Source: Acidobacteriota bacterium (GTDB taxonomy: Bacteria; Acidobacteriota; Terriglobia; Terriglobales; SCQP01). From it: 64,000 bases of DNA. The notes beneath the pieces were generated by a model. It was not told the origin of the DNA, did no database searches, and worked only from the letters and a program-made list of their open reading frames with translations. Shown here in pieces: positions 50,861-60,296 of this stretch (the first letter of the stretch is position 1; every line of letters starts with the position of its first letter). The DNA lies in contig SCQP01000002.1 of the NCBI GenBank assembly GCA_004299485.1, positions 232,966-296,965 of the forward strand, in the 5' to 3' direction. Made by a program: the position numbers and the translations under genes.

Positions 50861-50865
50861 CCTCC

Positions 50866-51243
50866 ATGTTCTCCATCTCCGTCGAAGAGACCTTTTCCTC
50901 CGGTCATGCGCTGCGCGGCTATCGCGGCAAATGCGAGAATCCCCACGGCCACAACTATCGTGTACGCGTCCGGCTGCAAGGTCCGCGTCTGAACGGCATC
51001 GGCCTTTTGTATGACTTCAAAGACCTCAAGGGCTTCATCCGCCGCGAAACCGAGCAGTGGGACCACCAGTACCTGAACGACCTCGAACCCTTCCGCGAGC
51101 AAAACCCTTCCGCCGAAAATATGGCGCGTGAACTCTTTGAACGCCTGCAAAAGAGCCTCACCGGCAACGCCGAAGGTGTCGTGGTGGAATCTGTAACGGT
51201 GTTTGAAACCGATACCACGGCGGCCGTTTACAACGGCGAGTGA
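50866..51243 (+). CDS. queD: 6-carboxy-5,6,7,8-tetrahydropterin synthase
   Basis: SSGHALRGYRGKCENPHGHNYRV (Zn/His motif). 125 aa. Confidence 0.92.
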   Translation: MFSISVEETFSSGHALRGYRGKCENPHGHNYRVRVRLQGPRLNGIGLLYDFKDLKGFIRRETEQWDHQYLNDLEPFREQNPSAENMARELFERLQKSLTGNAEGVVVESVTVFETDTTAAVYNGE

Positions 51244-51926
51244 TGAACCTCCAAATCACTGAGATTTTTCATTCGCTGCAGGGCGAATCGAGCCATGCCG
51301 GGCTGCCCTGCGTTTTCGTCCGCCTTACCGGTTGCAATTTGCGCTGCACTTGGTGTGATACCGAATACAGCTTTCACGGCGGGCGGCGCATGGATCTGAC
51401 CGAAGTGCTCGAGGCCGTGCGCGCCTACCCCTGCCGCCGGGTCGAAATTACCGGTGGTGAGCCGCTACTGCAGGCGCCCGCTGTCAAAGCCTTGGCCGAG
51501 GCACTCTTGGCCGCTAGCTATACCGTCCTGATCGAAACCAGCGGCGAGCGCGATCTCAGCCCGGTTCCGCCCGCGGTCATCAAAATCGTCGACGTAAAGT
51601 GCCCGGCCAGCGGCGAAGCCGGTTCCTTCCGTGAGAGTAATCTCAAGCTGCTGCGACCGTGGGACGAACTCAAGTTTGTCCTCAGCGATGAAGCCGACTA
51701 CAATTTCGCTCGCGACTTCATCGCGCGCCATCAGCTCGTCTCTGGTCCTCCTGCGCTTCTGTTTTCGCCTGCCTTCCGCAAAGACGCTAGCGGCGCGCGC
51801 AGCAGCTCGCAGTGCGTGCTCGATCCGGAAACGCTGGCTGGCTGGATATTGCGCGATGGCCTGCCGGTGCGCCTGAGCCTGCAAATCCACAAGTTCATCT
51901 GGGACCCAGCGAGGCGCGGGGTATGA
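51243..51926 (+). CDS. queE: 7-carboxy-7-deazaguanine synthase (radical SAM)
   Basis: EIFHSLQGES and the CNLRCTWCDT cluster. TGATG overlap with queD (GTG 51240 is an alternative start). Confidence 0.92.
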   Translation: MNLQITEIFHSLQGESSHAGLPCVFVRLTGCNLRCTWCDTEYSFHGGRRMDLTEVLEAVRAYPCRRVEITGGEPLLQAPAVKALAEALLAASYTVLIETSGERDLSPVPPAVIKIVDVKCPASGEAGSFRESNLKLLRPWDELKFVLSDEADYNFARDFIARHQLVSGPPALLFSPAFRKDASGARSSSQCVLDPETLAGWILRDGLPVRLSLQIHKFIWDPARRGV

Positions 51927-52600
51927 AACCGGCCGCGGTGGTCTGTCTCAGTGGCGGCATGGATAGCTGCGTCTGCTTGGCGCTCGCCGTGCGCGATTAC
52001 GACCCCGCCGTGCTGCATTTTGATTATGGTCAGCGCACCCAGGCGCGCGAGCGCGAAGCCTTTATCGCCATGGCCGACTACTACGGCATCACGCGCCGCC
52101 TGATCGTCACCACCGAACTCTTTCGCCAAATTGGTGGTTCGGCTCTAACCGACGCGTCGCTGCCGGTGCCCGAAGCTGGAGTGGATCCATCGGTAATCCC
52201 GATTACCTATGTGCCCTTCCGCAACGCGCATTTCCTTGCTGCCGGCGTCTCCTGGGCTGAAACCCTGGGTGCCGGGATTGTGATCATCGGCGCCGTCGCG
52301 CCCGACAGTTCCGGCTACCCCGATTGCCGTCCCGAGTACTACGCCGCCTTCAATGAGCTTTTGCGCGTCGGCACGAAAAGCGGCGATATCCGCATCGCGA
52401 CGCCCTTGCTGCACATGGGCAAAGCCGACATCGTGCGCCTCGGACTTGAACTGCATGCCCCATTTCCATTATCTTGGTCCTGTTACCAGAATGCCGGCCG
52501 GGCTTGTGGGCGCTGTGATAGTTGCCGGTTGCGCCGCCGCGCGTTCCGCCAAGCTGGGGCAAGCGATCCGGCCGCCTACGCGGTCACCGTGGAGGAATGA
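51923..52600 (+). CDS. queC: 7-cyano-7-deazaguanine synthase
   Basis: PP-loop VCLSGGMDS. C-terminal Zn cysteines CGRCDSCRLR. ATGA overlap with queE. Confidence 0.92.
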   Translation: MKPAAVVCLSGGMDSCVCLALAVRDYDPAVLHFDYGQRTQAREREAFIAMADYYGITRRLIVTTELFRQIGGSALTDASLPVPEAGVDPSVIPITYVPFRNAHFLAAGVSWAETLGAGIVIIGAVAPDSSGYPDCRPEYYAAFNELLRVGTKSGDIRIATPLLHMGKADIVRLGLELHAPFPLSWSCYQNAGRACGRCDSCRLRRRAFRQAGASDPAAYAVTVEE

Positions 52601-52605
52601 CAATT

Positions 52606-53658
52606 ATGAAATATCTGCAACGTTTCAGCCTCATCACAGGCGTGGCGCTGCTGGGCGCGCTGATGACGCTGCCGCTCGCGGCGCAGCAGTTCGCCGGCTT
52701 CAAGGGCACCATTATCGGCCTCAACAACAAGCCCTTTCCCAACGCGAAGGTGACCTTCACCCGCGCCGACGCGAAGGGCACCATCAAGCTCACGACCGAC
52801 AAAAAAGGCCAGTTCGAAGATGACCGTGTGCCGGCCGGAACCTACAGCATGAGCGTGGTCGCCGAGACCGGCCAGGATATAAAAGTCCAGGATGATATCA
52901 AGGCGGTGGCCGGCAAAATGCTCAATGCTCACGTCAACCTTGCCGTGATTGCCGCAGCCATCAACGGCGGTCCGCCGCCGAAGGGCATGTCCACGGAAGA
53001 AGCGGCCGCCTTCGCCGCGCGCAAGAAAGAAGCCGAGGCCAAAAACGCCAAGATGGGCCAGCTCAACACCCTGCTGGCGCAGAACAAGCAGTTCTACGAG
53101 GCCAAGCAGTACGATCAGGCGATTGCGGTCATGCAGAAAGCTGTCGCCATCGATCAGAAGCACGACATTCTCTTCGCCAATTTGGCCGAAGATTATGCCG
53201 CCGCCAAGCAGTACAAAGAGGCCGCCGGCGCCTACCAAAAAGCCATCGCCCTCAAACCCACCGACGCCGGCTACCAGATCAACCTTGGTTCTGTCCTGGC
53301 TGAATCCGGCGACACCGCCGGCGCCAACGCGGCCTTCAACAAGGCTGCCCAAATGGACCCCACCCAGGCCAAGCTGGCGATCTACAACGAAGGCGTCGTG
53401 CTCATGAACAAGAACAACCTCGAAGGCGCGGCCGCCGCCTTCACCAAGGTCCTGAGCATGGATCCCAGCGACGTCAACGCCTGGTACTACAAGGGCATGA
53501 GCCTGCTTGGCCAAGCCAAGACCGATCCCAAAACCAACAAGATGATTCCTCTGCCCGGCACCAAAGAAGCCATGCAGAAGGTCATTTCCCTTGCTCCCAG
53601 CAGCCAGCAGGCGGCGACTGCCAAGGCCGTCCTCCAGCAAATCGGCGGCGGCGAGTAA
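52606..53658 (+). CDS. Secreted CarboxypepD_reg-like domain + TPR-repeat protein
   Basis: Signal peptide MKYLQRFSLITGVALLGALMTLPLAAQQ. Beta-sandwich string VTFTRADAKGTIKLTTDKKGQFEDDRVPAGTYSMSVV, then TPR repeats. GGAGGA lies 9 nt upstream of ATG 52606. Confidence 0.75.
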   Translation: MKYLQRFSLITGVALLGALMTLPLAAQQFAGFKGTIIGLNNKPFPNAKVTFTRADAKGTIKLTTDKKGQFEDDRVPAGTYSMSVVAETGQDIKVQDDIKAVAGKMLNAHVNLAVIAAAINGGPPPKGMSTEEAAAFAARKKEAEAKNAKMGQLNTLLAQNKQFYEAKQYDQAIAVMQKAVAIDQKHDILFANLAEDYAAAKQYKEAAGAYQKAIALKPTDAGYQINLGSVLAESGDTAGANAAFNKAAQMDPTQAKLAIYNEGVVLMNKNNLEGAAAAFTKVLSMDPSDVNAWYYKGMSLLGQAKTDPKTNKMIPLPGTKEAMQKVISLAPSSQQAATAKAVLQQIGGGE

Positions 53659-53676
53659 GCGGCTCAGCCGATCAGC

Positions 53677-53706
53677 AAAACGCCAGCCCTCGCGGGCTGG
53701 CGTTTT
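53677..53706. terminator. Rho-independent bidirectional terminator hairpin (copy 1)
   Basis: AAAA CGCCAGCCC TCGC GGGCTGGCG TTTT. 9-bp GC stem, 18 nt after the stop of the 52606 gene. Confidence 0.75.
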
Positions 53707-53887
53707 CCGTTTCTGTAAATCATCGCGAGCCCGATCACGCGGCGGGCTCGATGTCGAAGTCGGAGTCCGGACCGTGGTCCCCGCTGTGGCAGGCGGGGTC
53801 GCCGTTCGGCGGTGTCGAAACGCCGCATGCCCGAGTTGCTAGCAAGCCAAGAGTGCAGCCGCTGGCCAGCACCAGAATGGCGGGCAG

Positions 53888-53919
53888 AAAAAACGCCAGC
53901 CCTCACGGGCTGGCGTTTT
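53888..53919. terminator. Rho-independent bidirectional terminator hairpin (copy 2, same stem)
   Basis: AAAAAA CGCCAGCCC TCAC GGGCTGGCG TTTT. On the minus strand it follows the BON gene stop (53945) and ends in T6. Confidence 0.75.
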
Positions 53920-53948
53920 GCTCATCTGCTAAATTGCTGACCCGCTAG
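53920..53948. repeat. Period-8 array GCTCATCT GCTAAATT GCTGACCC GCTAG running into the BON gene stop
   Basis: Read directly. GCTGACCCGCT recurs at 57958-57968. Confidence 0.7.
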
Positions 53949-54868
53949 TTGCCGGCCGCCGGCACGACCTTCACCGGCGCCGAGAGCGTGAAGTCCAGCA
54001 CCGTCTCTGCCGCCAGGTTGACTTCCGGCGCGTTGGTGAACGCCTGCACTGCGGTTCCGGTGCCCGCGCCGGCGCCGGCACCAATGGCCGCGCCTTTGCC
54101 GCCGCCGGCGATGGCGCCGATCACGCCGCCGATCGCCGCGCCAATACCGACACGCTGCGCCGTCGTATTACCGCGCGAGGTCGTCTGAAAAACCCGTTCT
54201 CTGCTGGCCAGATCATAGCTTTCGCCGTTGAATTGCAGCTCGGTAAGCCGCAGCACCAATCGCGACCGTCCTTTGAAGTGGCCGGCCGAATCGGCAGCGA
54301 CAATCGTCCCGCTCACCGCCGCCCCCTGCGGAACCACTACCTGCCCATCCATGCGCACGGGCGCAGAAACCGTGCCTTGCCAGGTCTGCCCCGCCTGCGC
54401 CGTCTTCGAGCTGAGCGGTTGCCCCAGCCGCACCGCCAGCACGCGCCCCGCCGACAACTCCACCGTGGCCGGTGGCGCCGGAGCTGCCGGAGCCGCTGGC
54501 GGCTCACTTCCAGACGCGGCTCGCCGCCGGCTCGTGGACGGTTGATTGCCACTGGCGGCGGGCGTATTGCCCACCGCCGTGGTGGTGGCAATCTCGTTGC
54601 TTACTTCCGTCACGCCCTGCACCTGCGCGTCTTTGGCCGCGGCGGCGCGTGCAGCGTTGCTGCTCACGCTGCCCGTCAGCGTGACCACCCCATTTTCTGT
54701 CGATGCCTTAATGTTGTCGCCTTGCAGGCTCGGGTCGGCGTTGAGCTTGTTCTCAACCGCCTGTGTGATGGCTGCATCTTGCGTGCCCGCACTGCTCTTC
54801 GAGCAGGCTGCCAGTGCCATTGTCATCAGCACCGTAGCCCCAATTGCAACTAGGTTTCGTGACCTCAT
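53945..54868 (-). CDS. BON-domain lipoprotein with C-terminal glycine-zipper
   Basis: Lipobox MALAAC. BON string VENKLNADPSLQGDNIKASTENGVVTLTGSV. Glycine zipper GAAIGGVIGAIAGGGKGAAIGAGAGAGTG. Confidence 0.8.
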   Translation of the reverse strand: MRSRNLVAIGATVLMTMALAACSKSSAGTQDAAITQAVENKLNADPSLQGDNIKASTENGVVTLTGSVSSNAARAAAAKDAQVQGVTEVSNEIATTTAVGNTPAASGNQPSTSRRRAASGSEPPAAPAAPAPPATVELSAGRVLAVRLGQPLSSKTAQAGQTWQGTVSAPVRMDGQVVVPQGAAVSGTIVAADSAGHFKGRSRLVLRLTELQFNGESYDLASRERVFQTTSRGNTTAQRVGIGAAIGGVIGAIAGGGKGAAIGAGAGAGTGTAVQAFTNAPEVNLAAETVLDFTLSAPVKVVPAAGN

Positions 54869-54910
54869 TTCCCCTCCATACGGTAAAAACTACTCGGCCT
54901 ATCTTAGTCC

Positions 54911-54938
54911 GAACTGAACGCCGAGAACTGAAAACGGA
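54911..54938. repeat. Period-7/14 array GAACTGA ACGCCGA GAACTGA AAACGGA in the divergent intergenic region
   Basis: Read directly. It lies between the BON gene start (54868) and the hydrolase gene start (54988). Confidence 0.65.
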
Positions 54939-54987
54939 ACACTCCCTTGTACCCCCTGCATGTCACGTGCCAAACTGGCCTTATCCA

Positions 54988-56061
54988 ATGTCTGGACCTT
55001 ACGCTCACCTCATTTCCCGCTGGGAGCGCCGCCTGAACCGCGTCGACCAGAATCGCCGCGTCACCCCTTTTGCCTGGGGCGCAGAATGGCTCCGCCGCAC
55101 TCCCATGAACGGCCTCCCCGACTGGCCCGCCGACGCCTCTCCGGCCGAGGTCATCCCCCGGTTGCGTGCCTGGAATCAGCGCGTCCTCGCCGCCAGCGAC
55201 CAATTTTTCGCCTACGAACCGGTGCGTGATTACGCCCTGCAGGAGGGCGTGCTGCGTTTTCCTTCGCCGGTTGAAACTCCCTGGCCGGAAAACCGCGATG
55301 TGGTTGCCCACTGGTTTCCCGCCGCGGTCGCTGGAATGGCGCACCGCCGGAGCGCTGTGGTCGTAATTGCCCAATGGAACGCAGACGCTGGCAGTCACAT
55401 CGGTCTCAGCCGCATGTTTCAAAGAGCCGGGGTCAGCACCCTGCGTGTCAGCATGCCCTACCACGATGTCCGTATGCCCGCCGCAACCCGGCGTGCGGAG
55501 TACACCGTGGATGCCAATATCGGCCGCGTCATCCACGCGGCGCGCCAGGCGGTGGTCGACATCCGTGCCTCCCTGGACTGGCTCGAACAGCAAGGCTACG
55601 ACTCCCTCGGCGTCGTCGGCACCAGCCTCGGCTCCTGTTACGCCCTCCTCGCCAGCGCCCACGATCCGCGCCTGCGCGTCAACGGCTTCAACCACATCTC
55701 GCAGTATTTCGGCGATGTCGTCTGGACCGGCCTCGCCACCTATCACGTCCGCCAAAGTCTTGAGCCTTACATCGCGCAGCCTGAGTTGCGCGAAGCCTGG
55801 CGCGTCATTTCGCCCGCCAGCTATCTTGACCGCTTCGCTGCGACCAGCCGCCAGGCGCCCAAAAAAAGCCTCCTGCTCTGGACCCGCTACGACCCCTGCT
55901 TCCTGCCTGAATTTTCGCGCCAGGTGGTCGCCGATTTTCAGCGCCTCGGCCTCGACCATGAGGCCCATTGCCTGCCCTGCGGCCATTACACCATCGGCCG
56001 CGTTCCCTTCAAATTCGCCGATGGCTGGTTCCTCACCCGCTTCTTGCAGAAGCACATGTAG
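54988..56061 (+). CDS. Alpha/beta-hydrolase fold protein
   Basis: Nucleophile elbow GTSLGSCYA with alpha/beta-hydrolase topology. ATG 54988 chosen. Confidence 0.65.
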   Translation: MSGPYAHLISRWERRLNRVDQNRRVTPFAWGAEWLRRTPMNGLPDWPADASPAEVIPRLRAWNQRVLAASDQFFAYEPVRDYALQEGVLRFPSPVETPWPENRDVVAHWFPAAVAGMAHRRSAVVVIAQWNADAGSHIGLSRMFQRAGVSTLRVSMPYHDVRMPAATRRAEYTVDANIGRVIHAARQAVVDIRASLDWLEQQGYDSLGVVGTSLGSCYALLASAHDPRLRVNGFNHISQYFGDVVWTGLATYHVRQSLEPYIAQPELREAWRVISPASYLDRFAATSRQAPKKSLLLWTRYDPCFLPEFSRQVVADFQRLGLDHEAHCLPCGHYTIGRVPFKFADGWFLTRFLQKHM

Positions 56062-56078
56062 TGGGCTACTATTCGCAG

Positions 56079-56837
56079 ATGACGCCGGAAGCGCCGCTTG
56101 CCGCTGGCCAGGCCACTGCGCCTGCGCCCAAATCGACTTCGCTGTCGCGCTTGTTCTCCGTTTTCACCTCGCCTGGCGCCACCTTTGCCGAACTCGCCCG
56201 CGACCCGCACTTCATCCTCGCCTGGTGCGTCCAGATCGTGGCGGCCGAGATCTTCGGCTTCCTGATGATCCAGCGCGTCGGCGTGTATGCCATGGCCCGC
56301 CAGGCGATGATGCAAAATCCCGCTACCCAGGCCATGTCGCCCGCCGCGCAGCAGCACAGCCTGGCGATTGCGGCGGTGGGGCTGCGCGTCAGCTTTTATG
56401 CGGCCCCAGTCTGGTCCATCGTCGTCCTTCTGATTTTGGGTGGCATTTTCCTGGGTCTGGCCAACCTCCTGTTAGGCTACGAGGCCAGTTACAAACAGGC
56501 GCTGGCGATGGTGAGCTACGCGTTTCTCGTGATGACGTTGTATACCGTCGTCGCCATCATCGTGATTGCGTTAAGCGCGACGCCCTCCAGTTTGCAAATC
56601 AAAAATCTGGTGGGCACGAACATCGGGTATTTCTTCGACCCCAGCACGACGTCCAAGTTCCTATATGCCCTCGGTAGCCACATCGGCATATTCGGCATCT
56701 GGACCATGATTCTGCTCGGGATCGGGCTGGGGAAGCTGGGCGGCAAGAAGGGCAGGACCGGCAGTGGCCTGAGCGTGGTGGTGGTGCTCTGGCTGCTCTA
56801 TATTCTGGCGAGTTCCGGACTCGCCTCGCTGTTTTAG
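56079..56837 (+). CDS. Yip1-domain multi-pass membrane protein
   Basis: Five hydrophobic segments; the N-terminal LSRLFSVFTSPGATFAELARDPHF is typical of the Yip1/DUF1282 type. GTG 56061 is an alternative start. Confidence 0.6.
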   Translation: MTPEAPLAAGQATAPAPKSTSLSRLFSVFTSPGATFAELARDPHFILAWCVQIVAAEIFGFLMIQRVGVYAMARQAMMQNPATQAMSPAAQQHSLAIAAVGLRVSFYAAPVWSIVVLLILGGIFLGLANLLLGYEASYKQALAMVSYAFLVMTLYTVVAIIVIALSATPSSLQIKNLVGTNIGYFFDPSTTSKFLYALGSHIGIFGIWTMILLGIGLGKLGGKKGRTGSGLSVVVVLWLLYILASSGLASLF

Positions 56838-57982
<1,145 letters not shown>

Positions 57983-58110
57983 AAGCCCTCCAAGTCCTTG
58001 ACATCACTCGCCAACTCCGCCATGCTATCGACTTTGGGGAGATCCCTACCTAGTAGTAACAACCCGGCCGATTGGAGTCGAATCTAAGAGTGCTTTTTGC
58101 ATGGTGCAGT

Positions 58111-58467
58111 ATGGGCGTCCCTGCCCTTTTCCCGGCCTTCTGGGCGCAGGCCTCGTCGTCTGCCGCCGGCGGCGGCATCGGCCTGTTGATGATCCTGGTG
58201 GTCTTTGCCATCTTCTATTTCCTGCTCATCATGCCCGTGCAGCGGCGGCAGAAGAAGGTGCGGCAAATGCACCAGGCGCTCAAAACCGGCGATGAGGTCA
58301 TCACCTCCGGCGGCATTCGCGGCCGCATCATCAGCATCAAGGACGACAGCGTACAGTTGCGCTGCGCCCCCGATCAGATCAAGCTCGAATTCGTGCGCTC
58401 GGCCGTCGCTCAGGTAATTTCCGGCGAAAACGCCGGCAGCGGCCGCAGCAGTGGGGCCAAGCCGTAG
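58111..58467 (+). CDS. yajC: Preprotein translocase subunit YajC
   Basis: FAIFYFLLIMPVQRRQKKVRQMHQALKTGDEVITSGGIRGRI. Conserved position between tgt and secD. Confidence 0.88.
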   Translation: MGVPALFPAFWAQASSSAAGGGIGLLMILVVFAIFYFLLIMPVQRRQKKVRQMHQALKTGDEVITSGGIRGRIISIKDDSVQLRCAPDQIKLEFVRSAVAQVISGENAGSGRSSGAKP

Positions 58468-58474
58468 GACTTTC

Positions 58475-60103
58475 ATGAAGAAGATTCTGCTCTGGAAATC
58501 AGTGTTCATCGTGGTCGTGGTGGTGATCTGCATTCTCGCCGTCACCGGCATCCCCAATGGCCTCGGCTGGTCGGCCTGGAAGCAATCCATCGTCAGCCGC
58601 GTCCATCTCGGTCTCGACCTGCAGGGCGGCACCCACCTCATCCTCCAGGTGCATGCCGACGATGCGGTGCGCGCCGAAACCTCGCAGGCCATGCAGCGGC
58701 TGCGCTCCGACCTCACCAGTCACGGCATCGCCTTTGCGGCGCTCGTCCAGCCCGACCCGCAGGGCCAGCCCCAGCGTCTTCAGCTCACCGGTCTCGACGA
58801 GCGCCACGCCGGTGACTTCAACAACCTCGTCCAGACCGACCTCGGCTCCGACTACACCGTCACCCACGCCGGCAACGGTGCCTATACCATGGATCTCAAT
58901 TCTGCGGCTGCGGCGCAAATCCGCAGCCGTGCCCTCACCCAGTCGATTGAAACCATCAGCAACCGCATCGACGCGCTCGGCGTCACCCAACCGACCGTGC
59001 AGGCCCACGGCCTGGGCGCTTACCAGATCCTGGTCCAGCTACCCGGCATCACCGATTCAGCGCGCGTCAAGGAAGTCATGCAGGAGACCGCACAGTTGCA
59101 GTTCCGCCTCGGCATGGCCGGCCCCTTTCCCAGCGCCGCTGCCGCCCGCGCGCAGTACGGCGGCATTCTGCCCGAAGACAGCGTGATCCTGCCCGGCAAA
59201 AACATCGGCGGCGCTTCCAACTCCACCAGCGGGGAATGGTATGTGGTCTCCCGTTCTTCCCCGGTGAGTGGCAGCGATTTGCGCGACGCTCAACCCGGCG
59301 TGGATCAGTCTGGCCGCATCGACGTCAACTTCACCCTCACTACCGCCGCTGGCAGACGTTTTGGCAACTTCACCGCTGCCCATATCAACCAGCCCCTTGC
59401 GGTGGTGCTCGACAACAAGGTGCAGGAATACGCCACCATTCAGCAGCGGATCGACGATCAGGGGCAGATTACCGGCAGCTTCAGCCAGCAGCAAGCGAAC
59501 GATCTGGCGCTCATTTTGCGCTCCGGCGCTTTGCCTGCCAGCATCAGCTACATTGACGATGAGTCCGTCGGGCCGTCCTTGGGTGCCGATTCCATTCGCG
59601 AAGGCGTGCTCGCGGCCCTGGTGGGCTTCTTGCTCGTCGCCGGCTTCATGCTGGTCTACTATCACGGCGCCGGCATCAACGCTGTCGTCGCGCTGGTGTT
59701 GAACCTGGTCATCCTGATGGCCTTCATGGCCGTCACCAACGCCACACTCACATTACCCGGCATTGCCGGCATCATCTTGACCATCGGTATGGCCGTCGAC
59801 GCCAACGTCCTCATCTTCGAACGAATACGTGAGGAGATGCGCCATGGCAAAAGTGTGCCTGCTTCCGTCGACATTGGCTTCCGCCAGGCCTTCATCACGA
59901 TTCTGGATACCCACGTCACCACCATCGTGAGCGCCGTCTTCTTGTTTTTGTTTGGTACCGGACCCATTAAGGGATTTGCCGTCACCCTGATTGCCGGTCT
60001 GCTCGCCAACCTGTTCACCGCTGTTTACATTTCGCGCGTGATCTTCGATTACGTGCTCATGCGCCAGCAAGGGGTGCGAGGAGCGAAATTGAGTATCGGA
60101 TAA
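58475..60103 (+). CDS. secD: Protein translocase subunit SecD
   Basis: LGLDLQGGTHLILQV, a periplasmic domain, and the C-terminal 6-TM bundle ending IGMAVDANVLIFERIREE. Confidence 0.93.
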   Translation: MKKILLWKSVFIVVVVVICILAVTGIPNGLGWSAWKQSIVSRVHLGLDLQGGTHLILQVHADDAVRAETSQAMQRLRSDLTSHGIAFAALVQPDPQGQPQRLQLTGLDERHAGDFNNLVQTDLGSDYTVTHAGNGAYTMDLNSAAAAQIRSRALTQSIETISNRIDALGVTQPTVQAHGLGAYQILVQLPGITDSARVKEVMQETAQLQFRLGMAGPFPSAAAARAQYGGILPEDSVILPGKNIGGASNSTSGEWYVVSRSSPVSGSDLRDAQPGVDQSGRIDVNFTLTTAAGRRFGNFTAAHINQPLAVVLDNKVQEYATIQQRIDDQGQITGSFSQQQANDLALILRSGALPASISYIDDESVGPSLGADSIREGVLAALVGFLLVAGFMLVYYHGAGINAVVALVLNLVILMAFMAVTNATLTLPGIAGIILTIGMAVDANVLIFERIREEMRHGKSVPASVDIGFRQAFITILDTHVTTIVSAVFLFLFGTGPIKGFAVTLIAGLLANLFTAVYISRVIFDYVLMRQQGVRGAKLSIG

Positions 60104-60105
60104 AG

Positions 60106-60176
60106 CCCAGCGGCTCTCAGCGGTCAGCAATGCAGCCGGCACAGGGCTGCAGCAAGCTGATCGCTGATGGCTGATC
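60106..60176 (+). repeat. Imperfect long hairpin built from inverted CAGC/GCTGAT units in the secD-secF intergenic region
   Basis: The left half carries CAGCG-type units. The central perfect stem is GCAGCC (60132-37) with GGCTGC (60144-49). The right half is GCTGATC GCTGATG GCTGATC (60156-76). Confidence 0.7.
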
Positions 60177-60296
60177 GCCTTGGTACGCAGAGGCAGGGAA
60201 CAAATTACACCCGCTCGGGGTCAGAAGGTGGTGAGGGCAACTCACCAGCCCACTCCGGGCGAGCGCGCTAGCGCTTGGAATATTTAAGGGCTGGAA

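Noticed and set aside
50790-50865. preQ1 riboswitch upstream of queD
   Set aside because: The position is attractive and the A-rich tail superficially resembles preQ1-I. However, there is no convincing P1 stem or conserved loop, and the same heptamer array occurs upstream of alaS and an unrelated ORF, so it is not queuosine-specific.
57998-58026. Sigma-70 promoter for yajC (perfect TTGACA at 57998-58003)
   Set aside because: No acceptable -10 hexamer lies at 16-19 nt spacing (best are CATGCT and TGCTAT), so I did not report it as a feature.
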